In this document: positions 55,759-64,000 of the stretch, in pieces
Numbering within the stretch: the stretch's first letter is position 1
How the letters are laid out: each line of letters opens with the position of its first letter
Assembly: GCA_018826075.1 (NCBI GenBank)
Contig: JAHKAJ010000025.1
Coordinates: 37,608-101,607 of the forward strand
Direction: 5' to 3'
Source of the DNA: Candidatus Omnitrophota bacterium
GTDB taxonomy: Bacteria; Omnitrophota; Gorgyraeia; Duberdicusellales; 4484-171
DNA length: 64,000 bases
Notes under the pieces: model-generated
Database searches by the model: none
What the model was told of the DNA's origin: nothing
What the model saw: only the letters and a program-made list of their open reading frames with translations
Made by a program: the position numbers and the translations under genes

Positions 55759-56343
55759 TTAATCGATTATGCCTTTAGTCGAAGGTATGCCTTTTCGGCG
55801 AGGGTCGATTTGAGTAGCCTGATCTAAAGCTTTACCCATAGCCTTAAAAAGCGCTTCTAGTAAATGATGCAGGTCTCCCTTACTGGACTTTATAATATAA
55901 ACCAGACTTATCCCAGCATGCTGGGTAAAACTTTCTAAAAATTCTTTAGCATCCTTAAAAGTGAAATTGGTATCGTCAAAAGTCCCTACTGGTATATCTT
56001 CACCCTCCAAAGACGGCCGGCCGGAGATATCGACATTAGCTTCGACCACCACTTTATCCATGGTCGCTGAAAAAGACCCGTAGCGGTTGATGCCGGATTT
56101 ATCGCCTAAAGCTTGTTTAAAAGCTTTGCCTAAAGCTATACCGATATCTTCGATTATGTGATGCTGTAAATCTCCGCTGGCATTAAGCTCCAAATCAAAT
56201 AAACCGTGAAAGGCAAACAAAGTAAGCAGGTGGTTTAAAGGCTCAAAACCTGTGCTTACCTTAGCCTGGCCTTCTCCGTCGATAACCAGAGTTCCATTAA
56301 TATCAACCTCATTGGTCTTTCTGGCAAGTGGCGCTTTTCTCAT
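55759..56343 (-). CDS. hisB: Imidazoleglycerol-phosphate dehydratase
   Basis: R.TNE, HHIIEDIG, HHLLEALFKA and PSTKG. Confidence 0.95.
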   Translation of the reverse strand: MRKAPLARKTNEVDINGTLVIDGEGQAKVSTGFEPLNHLLTLFAFHGLFDLELNASGDLQHHIIEDIGIALGKAFKQALGDKSGINRYGSFSATMDKVVVEANVDISGRPSLEGEDIPVGTFDDTNFTFKDAKEFLESFTQHAGISLVYIIKSSKGDLHHLLEALFKAMGKALDQATQIDPRRKGIPSTKGIID

Positions 56344-56355
56344 GGTTCTCCCTTT

Positions 56356-57576
56356 TTAACTAGACAATCTTTTCTTTACGCTTTCAATGTGTTTATTCAT
56401 CCCTTCCAGGCCGGCTATTTTTTCCAAAACCGCCACTTCATCCAGGAGAGCTTTTTTAGTATAGCTGATCACGTGCACCTCTTTTAAAAACTCCCGCACT
56501 GAAAGGCAGGAAAAAAAACGGGCGGTCCCGGCAGTCGGCAAAACATGGCTTGGCCCGGCAGTATAATCACCCAAAGAAACCGGGCTGCTCTCACCCAAAA
56601 ATATCGCTCCGGCATTTCTTATTTTTTTCACCAGGGCTGACGGTTTTCTGGTCAAAATCTCCAAGTGTTCGGGGGCAATCCGGTTTACTGCTTCACAGCC
56701 GGCGTCTAAATTCTTAACCAGCAAAATAAAACCTGGAGTTTTACGCCCGCGCATTTCCATAACTATTTTTTTGGAATTAGTAACCAGAATGCCCAAACCG
56801 CTGCGGTGTTCGATCTGGGCCTCTAAATCAGCCGCTATATAATCGGGATTGGCATCCTTGGAAGCTAAAATCACGATTTCTGAAGGCCCGGCTAACATAT
56901 CAATATCAACTTCGCCGAAAACCTGCCTCTTAGCTTCAGTGACAAATTCATTGCCCGGCCCGATTATCTTATCTACCCTTTTGATCGTCTTGGTACCAAA
57001 AGCAAAAGCAGCTATAGCCTGAGCTCCTCCTACGCGGTAGATCTCCTTGATCTTAAGCAGGGAAGCCATAGCCAGGATAAAAGGGTCTAAATTCTTATCT
57101 TTGCCCGGAGGCGAAGCCAAGACTATTTCTTTAGTCCCGGCCACTATCGCCGGGATTACTGCCATATAGACCGAAGACACTAAAGGCGCTGTTCCGGCCG
57201 GAACATAGACCCCGACTCGTTCCAGCGGCACATAACGACTAAGCAAGGTTTTACCGTTTGAGTCTTTTACCCTGGTAGCTTTAGGGATTTGACGGCGGTA
57301 AAACTTAGTAACATTATCAATAGCTAATTTAAAAGCCGAAATGATCGAAGAGTCCAACTCGTTAAAGGCTGCGCTGATCTCGGTTTCGCTGATCCTTAAG
57401 TCTTTTTGGGATATCTTTACCTTATCGAACTTGCGGGTATATTCCAAAAGAGCGCTATCGCCGCTATCGCGGACATTCCTGATGATTTTTGCCACCCGCT
57501 CATTGACCTTATCTTTACGCAGGCGTTTTTTTCCCAGCAACTTTTCCAAACTGTCTAGATTTCTTACTACTCTCAT
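56356..57576 (-). CDS. hisD: Histidinol dehydrogenase
   Basis: GVYVPAG, GGAQAIAA, GPGN, AGPSE, APEHLE and HVLPT. Confidence 0.95.
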   Translation of the reverse strand: MRVVRNLDSLEKLLGKKRLRKDKVNERVAKIIRNVRDSGDSALLEYTRKFDKVKISQKDLRISETEISAAFNELDSSIISAFKLAIDNVTKFYRRQIPKATRVKDSNGKTLLSRYVPLERVGVYVPAGTAPLVSSVYMAVIPAIVAGTKEIVLASPPGKDKNLDPFILAMASLLKIKEIYRVGGAQAIAAFAFGTKTIKRVDKIIGPGNEFVTEAKRQVFGEVDIDMLAGPSEIVILASKDANPDYIAADLEAQIEHRSGLGILVTNSKKIVMEMRGRKTPGFILLVKNLDAGCEAVNRIAPEHLEILTRKPSALVKKIRNAGAIFLGESSPVSLGDYTAGPSHVLPTAGTARFFSCLSVREFLKEVHVISYTKKALLDEVAVLEKIAGLEGMNKHIESVKKRLSS

Positions 57577-60137
57577 AATTTTATAAATTGGTTAAGGGCT
57601 TCTTTTAATTGTTTCAAAAAGCCGTCGCCCCGATTATCTATCGACCCTTGAACTATTTTATCACTTCCTCCACCTCTTAGGGATAATTTTTCTCCAAACT
57701 CAAAAATTAGCTTGCGGCAACTAAAACCCTTGTTGACCAAATCATCTCCGGCTGAGCAAATAAAAATATCTTTACCCTCAACCTTTCTGACCAAAAAGAT
57801 AACTGCCAATTTTATTTTTTGCTTCAGGCTATCTGACAATTTAAGCATAATTTCTTTCTCTTCTTTAATCGAAGACGAACTAACTTCAGTGAAAAGATAT
57901 AAAAAATTAACCCCCTTTATGGCTTCCGGCGCCTTGGATAAAAGCTTCTCTTTCTCTTGATTAACCACCTGGCTGATTTTTGTTTTGTCAGGCTTCTTAG
58001 ACTCTTTCGAGCGCTCTTTCAGCTCCTCTTCCCGGCTCCTGCGAATCTCCCTAACTGCTTGCGCCTTCTTAGCTACCGAGGCTTTAATCCTTCTAATCCC
58101 GCTACTTATCGAAGACTCTGATTCGATCTCAAAATCTTCTATTTCGGCGGTATTGTCAATATGTGTGCCGCCGCATAACTCTTTACTATAGTCAGAAACC
58201 GACACTACTCTTACCCTATCCTGATACTTATCTTTAAAAAAAGCTAAGGCTCCTTCTTTTTTGGCTTGTTGAAGCTTAAGTTCTTTTTTCTCAACCTTAT
58301 CGCCGGCTTTAATAAATTTCCTGACTAAATCTCCTATTTTTTTTCTTTGCTCATCGGTTAATCGGTTAAAGTGTGTAAAATCAAAACGAAAGTTATCTTC
58401 ATCAACCAATGAACCCTGTTGAACAACGTGATCACCTAAAACCTGGCGTAAGGCAGCCTGCAAGAGATGAGTTGCGGTATGTGCCCGTGCTAAAGCCTTT
58501 CGTCTTTTGACGTCGACAATAGCCAAAGCAGCACCTTCTTCTATTTTCCCCTTAGTTACCTTACCTTTATGGACAGTAGCTTGGTTAACTTTAAAAACTC
58601 CTTCAACCTGAAATTCGCCCTGGCTTGATTTAATAATACCCTTATCTGAAAGCTGACCTCCGGCCTCAGGATAGAAGGGAGTCTTATCTAGAACAACCAA
58701 GGTTTCCTCGCCTGAAAAAACACGCTCTATAGTAACTGAAGCTTCTGTGAACTGGTAACCGAGGAATTCGGTTTCTTCGGTTAAATTTAATTCTCCTTTC
58801 TTAAATATGTTTTCATCAAACATGCTTTTCTTGCGGGAACGCTCCTGTTGCTGCTCAAGCAAAAGGTTAAAACCATTTTCATCTATTTTTAAATCCGAGG
58901 CTTTAGCCATTTCTTTAGTAAGCTCAAGCGGCAATCCGTAGGTATCATAAAAACGAAATAAATCTTCGGCGGCTACTGTGTTTTTATCTTTCGCTTTTAG
59001 GCGTTCGGATATTGAAAAAAATTGACGTTTACCCTCTTCTAAGGTCGAAAGAAACTTACCCTCTTCGGCTCGGATAACCTTAGCAATGGTATCGCTTTTA
59101 GCTATAAGCTCTGGGTAAGCATCTTTCATAGCTTCAATAACGCTAGTAGATAAATTATAAAGAAAAGCCTCTTTCTTCCCTAAAAGATTAGCACTCCAGA
59201 GAGCTTTGCGAATAATCTTCCTAATCACATAGCCTCTATCTTCATTTGAAGGATAGACACCGTCAGCAATTGCAAAAGTCGCTGCCCGAACGTGATCAAC
59301 AATGGCACAGATTAAACTCATTGTTCTTTGATCTTGGTTATCGATATTGATAAGCTTTCCTGCAGCTTTGACTATCGGCGCTAAAATATCAATTTCGAAA
59401 TTAGAATTTTTGCCTTGCAAGACGCAAGCCATCCTCTCAAGACCCATACCAGTATCAATATTATTTTGAGGTAAAGGCTCTAATTCATTCTTCCCGATTC
59501 GATTGAACTGAGTAAAAACCAAATTCCAGACTTCAACAAATCGGCCGCAGCTGCAATCAGGATTACAACTCCTCTTGCGGCAGCCGATATCCTTACCCCG
59601 ATCAAAGAATATCTCTGAACAAGGACCGCAAGGCCCGTTAGGGCCTTCTAAAGGAGCATTAGCCGGCCAAAAATTACTCTTCTCCCCCAACTTAACGATT
59701 TTATTTTTATCCAGGCCGATATCTTTCTCCCAGATCTGGTAAGCTTCGCAATCTTTGCGGTACACTGAAACCCATAGATCCTTTTCGGACAGCTTTAACT
59801 CTTGAGTCAGAAATTCCCAGGCAAATTCGATCGTCTCTTTTTTAAAATAATCGCCGAAGGAAAAATTGCCAAGCATCTCAAAAAAAGTATGGTGATAAGG
59901 AGTTTTACCTACATTCTCTAAATCACCGGTGCGCAAACACTTCTGACAACTGGTTGCCCGAGCTACTTCTTTTTTTTCACCTAAAAAGTAAGGTTTAAAC
60001 TGGTTCATTCCGGCCGAAGTAAAAAGAACCGAAGGATCATCAGGGACTAAGCTATCCGAAGGAAAAACTTTGTGGGCTTTAGCCTTAAAAAAATCCAGGT
60101 ATATTTTTCGTAATTGATCGGTCTTAGCTTCTAACAT
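57573..60137 (-). CDS. alaS: Alanine-tRNA ligase
   Basis: FTSAGMNQFK, HHTFFEMLGNFS, DTGMGLER, HTATHLL and ELCGGTH. Confidence 0.98.
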   Translation of the reverse strand: MLEAKTDQLRKIYLDFFKAKAHKVFPSDSLVPDDPSVLFTSAGMNQFKPYFLGEKKEVARATSCQKCLRTGDLENVGKTPYHHTFFEMLGNFSFGDYFKKETIEFAWEFLTQELKLSEKDLWVSVYRKDCEAYQIWEKDIGLDKNKIVKLGEKSNFWPANAPLEGPNGPCGPCSEIFFDRGKDIGCRKRSCNPDCSCGRFVEVWNLVFTQFNRIGKNELEPLPQNNIDTGMGLERMACVLQGKNSNFEIDILAPIVKAAGKLINIDNQDQRTMSLICAIVDHVRAATFAIADGVYPSNEDRGYVIRKIIRKALWSANLLGKKEAFLYNLSTSVIEAMKDAYPELIAKSDTIAKVIRAEEGKFLSTLEEGKRQFFSISERLKAKDKNTVAAEDLFRFYDTYGLPLELTKEMAKASDLKIDENGFNLLLEQQQERSRKKSMFDENIFKKGELNLTEETEFLGYQFTEASVTIERVFSGEETLVVLDKTPFYPEAGGQLSDKGIIKSSQGEFQVEGVFKVNQATVHKGKVTKGKIEEGAALAIVDVKRRKALARAHTATHLLQAALRQVLGDHVVQQGSLVDEDNFRFDFTHFNRLTDEQRKKIGDLVRKFIKAGDKVEKKELKLQQAKKEGALAFFKDKYQDRVRVVSVSDYSKELCGGTHIDNTAEIEDFEIESESSISSGIRRIKASVAKKAQAVREIRRSREEELKERSKESKKPDKTKISQVVNQEKEKLLSKAPEAIKGVNFLYLFTEVSSSSIKEEKEIMLKLSDSLKQKIKLAVIFLVRKVEGKDIFICSAGDDLVNKGFSCRKLIFEFGEKLSLRGGGSDKIVQGSIDNRGDGFLKQLKEALNQFIKL

Positions 60138-60622
60138 GACTCTGATCGGGCTTTATTCAATCGTTTAAAAAAATCACCTTTGGCCAGGCCGGTTTTTTGC
60201 AAAACCAAAATAATATCCTGGTACTGAAAACCCCGGGAAGTCAAAAATCTTAACAGCTTTTGATAGCCGCGCGGCCCCGGACATTTACTTATCTTCTGAT
60301 TGATCAATGCCTCCAGCTTATCTTTAAACGGCCCTTTATTCTCCAGGGCCTCTTGGATAAACTCCGCAGCTACTCCCAGATTTTTAAGCGAGAAATCAAC
60401 CCTTTGCGGGCCCCAGCCTTTAGTCAAAGCGGCAGCAGTAAACGAAACCGCAAACTCCCGATCGTTAAGGAATTTATTTTCTTCTAAATACTGAATAATC
60501 CTCTTGATTACCGACGGGCTGTATTTTTTTCGCTTAAGGCGCTGTTCGATCTCATACTTTGAACGCGCCCGGTATTTAAGCAGCAGGAAAGAATAACTAA
60601 GAGCTTTATTGAAATCCTTCAC
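60131..60622 (-). CDS. recX: Regulatory protein RecX
   Basis: RARS..E...RL, LNDREFA, GP..V...L..LG and RGF. Confidence 0.88.
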   Translation of the reverse strand: MKDFNKALSYSFLLLKYRARSKYEIEQRLKRKKYSPSVIKRIIQYLEENKFLNDREFAVSFTAAALTKGWGPQRVDFSLKNLGVAAEFIQEALENKGPFKDKLEALINQKISKCPGPRGYQKLLRFLTSRGFQYQDIILVLQKTGLAKGDFFKRLNKARSESC

Positions 60623-62037
60623 TATTTTTCTTTAAGGACAAAATAGCCTCGGTTAGTCTTTACCAGACAGCTACCCTTTATCTGGGCAACTACCGACTGG
60701 AAATCTTGCTTGTTGTTTATTTTTTTATTCTCGATCTTACTGACAACATCACCGACTGCAAGGCCGCTTTCTTCGGCTGGTGAATTATCTTCAATAGCCA
60801 CTACCACCACACCCTCATTTCCGCTTATCCTGAATCGGTTTTTAAGACTGGTGTCAATATTTTCAACACTCATGCCCCGAAAACTTACTCCGTTGCTGCT
60901 CTCGAAAACTTCCAGCGGCTCGGTATCTTTAGGCATAGTGCCGATTTTTACGGTTGTCGAGATCCTTTTTCCGGAACGCAGTATCTTAAGCGGCACCTGT
61001 TTTCCCACCTCAGCCGAAGAAACCATTCTGGCCAGGTCGCGGCTGGTGGCAACCGGTTTTCCTTCAAATTCAAGGATCAAATCGCCTTCTTTAATATCGC
61101 TTTTTTCAGCCGGAGAATCTTTATAGACTTTAAGGACGATTACTCCTTCTTTTTCTTTGATCTCAAAATAGTTACGCAAATCATCATTTAAATTCTGGAT
61201 GCTAACACCCAACCAGCCATAGAGGATACTTTCGCCCTTAAGCAGCTTGTCTAAAATCTTTTTAGCTTTATTGATCGGGATGGCAAAACCTAAGCCTTGG
61301 TAGCCTCCGGAAGTGGTGATGATCGCCGTGTTTATACCGATGACTTCTCCTTTTAAATTTACCAGAGGGCCGCCGCTGTTACCGGGGTTGATCGCGGCAT
61401 CAGTTTGGATCAAATCGTCATGGCTCTGCTGGCGCTGGTCAAAAGCCGGTAAATACCGATGCAAAGCGCTGACTACTCCTACGGTAACCGTAGGCTCAGG
61501 GTTCTCGATAGCAAAACCAAAAGGATTTCCGATAGCTAAGACCCAGTTGCCTATTTTAAGCTCATCAGAGTTTCCCAACTTTGCTACCGGAAGGCCTTTA
61601 GCTTTTATTTTCACCACTGCTAAATCGCTTTTTTCATCTGCGCCTTTGACTTCAGCGTCAAATTCTCTACCGTCGTAAAGTTTGACTTTTACCTTGCTGG
61701 CTCCGGAGATCACATGTTCATTAGTAAGGATGTAACCGGCTTGGTCAATAATCACCCCGCTGCCCAAACCGATCCGCTTTGACTCACGCTCAGGAAACCC
61801 ACCGAAAAAATCCTCAAAAAAACGCCCAAAAGGATCGCCTTCGGATTCACCGAAAGGTGAACCAAAGTAGATCTTCTTGTTGCTGTTTTCTTTTACTTCA
61901 CTGCTTATAGAAACTACTGATTTGCCAGAGCCTGAGGCTACATCAATGGTCAGTTTTTCTAAAAGCGATAGATCTTGAGCTGAAAGCTGAACTGACAAAA
62001 TAAAACTAGCCAATACCAAAAGTATGATCTTTTTCAT
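60622..62037 (-). CDS. HtrA/DegP serine protease with two PDZ domains
   Basis: GSGVI, TNEHV, SDLAV and TDAAINPGNSGGPL. Confidence 0.95.
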   Translation of the reverse strand: MKKIILLVLASFILSVQLSAQDLSLLEKLTIDVASGSGKSVVSISSEVKENSNKKIYFGSPFGESEGDPFGRFFEDFFGGFPERESKRIGLGSGVIIDQAGYILTNEHVISGASKVKVKLYDGREFDAEVKGADEKSDLAVVKIKAKGLPVAKLGNSDELKIGNWVLAIGNPFGFAIENPEPTVTVGVVSALHRYLPAFDQRQQSHDDLIQTDAAINPGNSGGPLVNLKGEVIGINTAIITTSGGYQGLGFAIPINKAKKILDKLLKGESILYGWLGVSIQNLNDDLRNYFEIKEKEGVIVLKVYKDSPAEKSDIKEGDLILEFEGKPVATSRDLARMVSSAEVGKQVPLKILRSGKRISTTVKIGTMPKDTEPLEVFESSNGVSFRGMSVENIDTSLKNRFRISGNEGVVVVAIEDNSPAEESGLAVGDVVSKIENKKINNKQDFQSVVAQIKGSCLVKTNRGYFVLKEK

Positions 62038-62075
62038 TGCCGCCTCCTTTTAAAATCAACCGGCTTAAAAACTAA

Positions 62076-63080
62076 TCAACTGACAGCTGTGTTTCCCAAA
62101 GCTGTTTCAAGATCCTTGCGCAGGGCCTCGTCTTCCTTCAATAAGGCTCGCAACTGCTCTTTACCCTGGGCTAAGTTTTTATCTTTGTAGGAAAGCCAGC
62201 TTCCGGATTTTTTGATCAATCCGCCATCAATAGCTGCATCGATCAAAGCCCCAATTTTAGAAACTCCTTCGGTATACATAATCTCAAAAATCGCCTCCTT
62301 AAATGGCGCGGCAACTTTATTTTTAACTATTTTAGCCCTGACCCTTATACCGACATTACCTGAATCCGTAGTGATAGTGGCAATCCTTCGCAAATCAATA
62401 CGCATCGAAGAGTAAAATTTTAAAGCCCTTCCTCCGGGAGTGACTTCCGGGGAACCAAACATCACCCCGATCTTCTCGCGCAGCTGGTTGATAAACACCA
62501 CGCAGGATTTAGACTTGCTTATCGCTGCCGTCAGCTTACGCAAAGCCTGGCTCATCAAACGAGCCTGGAGGGCGACTTGTGACTGGCCCATCTCACCTTC
62601 TATTTCAGCTTTAGGCACCAAAGCTGCTACTGAATCGACTACTATCAAATCTACGGCATTCGACCGCACCAAAGCTTCAACGATTTCCAAAGCCTGTTCA
62701 CCGGTATCCGGCTGAGAAATCAAAAGTTCCTCTAACTTTACTCCGATCAAGCGGGCATAATTAGGGTCAAAAGCATGTTCAGCATCAATAAAGGCAGCTA
62801 CCCCGCCGCTAAGCTGGCCTTGGGCGATAATGCTTAAGGTCAAGGTCGTCTTTCCCGAAGATTCCGGGCCGAATATTTCAATCACCCGGCCGCGGGGAAG
62901 CCCACCGACTCCTAAAGCCCGGTCTAAAGAAATTATCCCTGTAGGGATTGATTCTATGTCGAGATGAATGCTTTCACCCAAACGCATAATCGCACCTTTA
63001 CCAAATTGTTTTTCAATTTGAGCCAGAGCTAATTCTAAAGCTTTCTGTTTATTCGCCGACTCGATTTTTTCCTTTGCCAT
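62076..63080 (-). CDS. recA: Recombinase RecA
   Basis: [26 protein letters not shown] and GGRALKFY. Confidence 0.99.
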   Translation of the reverse strand: MAKEKIESANKQKALELALAQIEKQFGKGAIMRLGESIHLDIESIPTGIISLDRALGVGGLPRGRVIEIFGPESSGKTTLTLSIIAQGQLSGGVAAFIDAEHAFDPNYARLIGVKLEELLISQPDTGEQALEIVEALVRSNAVDLIVVDSVAALVPKAEIEGEMGQSQVALQARLMSQALRKLTAAISKSKSCVVFINQLREKIGVMFGSPEVTPGGRALKFYSSMRIDLRRIATITTDSGNVGIRVRAKIVKNKVAAPFKEAIFEIMYTEGVSKIGALIDAAIDGGLIKKSGSWLSYKDKNLAQGKEQLRALLKEDEALRKDLETALGNTAVS

Positions 63081-63106
63081 ATCTTACCTCCTCTGTTAAT
63101 TAACCG

Positions 63107-63135
63107 ATTATACCTTTAGCCACTTTTGCTGTCAA
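63107..63135 (-). promoter_or_regulatory. recA promoter
   Basis: Perfect TTGACA-N17-TATAAT; GAGGAGG RBS. Confidence 0.8.
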
Positions 63136-63141
63136 ACCGAT

Positions 63142-63756
63142 TCAAAACCGCAGCTCTTTTTTTCCCAATATATTCTTTATGTTCTTCTTGTGCCGCAAAA
63201 CAATAAATAAAAAAAGGGCTAATGACAAAATAATGAACTCCCAGGAAAGCCCGGATTTAAAATAAGCGATAAAAGAAAATATTAAAAACGAAAAAGCGCT
63301 GATCAAAGATGCCAGGGAAACCATTTTGGAAATAAAAAATACCAGCACCCAGATAACGATTGCGCCGATCAAAACCGGAAACAAAGCCGGAAACTTTAAC
63401 CCTAATCCGCAAATCGCCCCAATACTGGTAGCAACTCCTTTTCCGCCTTTAAACTTTAAAAAACAAGTCCAATTATGGCCGATGACCGTGAACAAAGCCG
63501 CTAAAATAAAGAGAGAGGCTCCGGGACTTTTAACTAAAAGCGAAACCATCAGGGGAGCGATAAAACCTTTGAAAAAATCCAGGCTGAATACGAAAATCCC
63601 CCAGTTTTTTCCCAAAACCCGGGTTACGTTAGTAGCGCCGATATTACCGGAACCAAAAGTCCGGATGTCTTTCTTTTTAACCAGGTAAACGGTTATAAAC
63701 CCAAAGGGGATACTTCCTAAAATGTAACTAACGACCAGAGGAATTATTTTTAACAT
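63142..63756 (-). CDS. plsY: Glycerol-3-phosphate acyltransferase
   Basis: GSIPFG, GSGNIGATN, D..KG, GHN...GGKGVAT and HKKNI. Confidence 0.96.
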   Translation of the reverse strand: MLKIIPLVVSYILGSIPFGFITVYLVKKKDIRTFGSGNIGATNVTRVLGKNWGIFVFSLDFFKGFIAPLMVSLLVKSPGASLFILAALFTVIGHNWTCFLKFKGGKGVATSIGAICGLGLKFPALFPVLIGAIVIWVLVFFISKMVSLASLISAFSFLIFSFIAYFKSGLSWEFIILSLALFLFIVLRHKKNIKNILGKKELRF

Positions 63757-64000
63757 TTACCGCCTTCACCCCTCTTAAAAAATAATCGATACCGGAAACC
63801 AGCGTAAAGATCACCGCCACCAAGGATATAGAAAAAGAATGAGGCCACCTCAGTAAAATCCAAAGGATGGTAAACATCTGGGAAAAGGTAGTCAATTTAC
63901 CGAAAATAGAAGGGGTGATCGCGACCTCGGCTTTAAGCCGGTTTAAAATTATAACCCCAAAAAAAATAATCAAATCCCGGCTGACCACCACCAAAACAAC
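63728..64000 (-). CDS. CDP-alcohol phosphatidyltransferase (PgsA-like), 5' end off the window
   Basis: SRD, GKLTT..QM and SG.DY C-terminal motifs. Confidence 0.75.
   Translation of the reverse strand, partial: VVLVVVSRDLIIFFGVIILNRLKAEVAITPSIFGKLTTFSQMFTILWILLRWPHSFSISLVAVIFTLVSGIDYFLRGVKAVNVKNNSSGR

Overview
Bacterial chromosomal window with nearly all genes on the minus strand. Gene content and style (PilZ proteins, many N-methyl pilins, AddAB, split gcvP, outer-membrane secretin) suggest a diderm bacterium, tentatively Ca. Omnitrophota; this is an inference, not a database result. It holds housekeeping blocks (recA-degP-recX-alaS-hisDBHA, rplM-rpsI, rib/nusB, addAB, coaB/coaC, gcv/lipoylation, smpB, citrate synthase), five tRNA genes and a large type IV pilus/T2SS-like locus whose minor-pilin block sits between lipM and lipA. 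The most unusual signal is non-coding. Two tRNA genes (His, Leu) each have their first 13 nt duplicated upstream, bracketing hairpin-rich inserts, and the His insert carries a GIY-YIG nuclease gene. A related palindrome sits in frame inside addB. Several other REP/MITE families occur, some inside coding sequences. There is also a three-site attC array with no integrase in the window, and repeated promoter geometry suggesting leaderless mRNAs. All calls come from reading the sequence and ORF translations; no searches were run.
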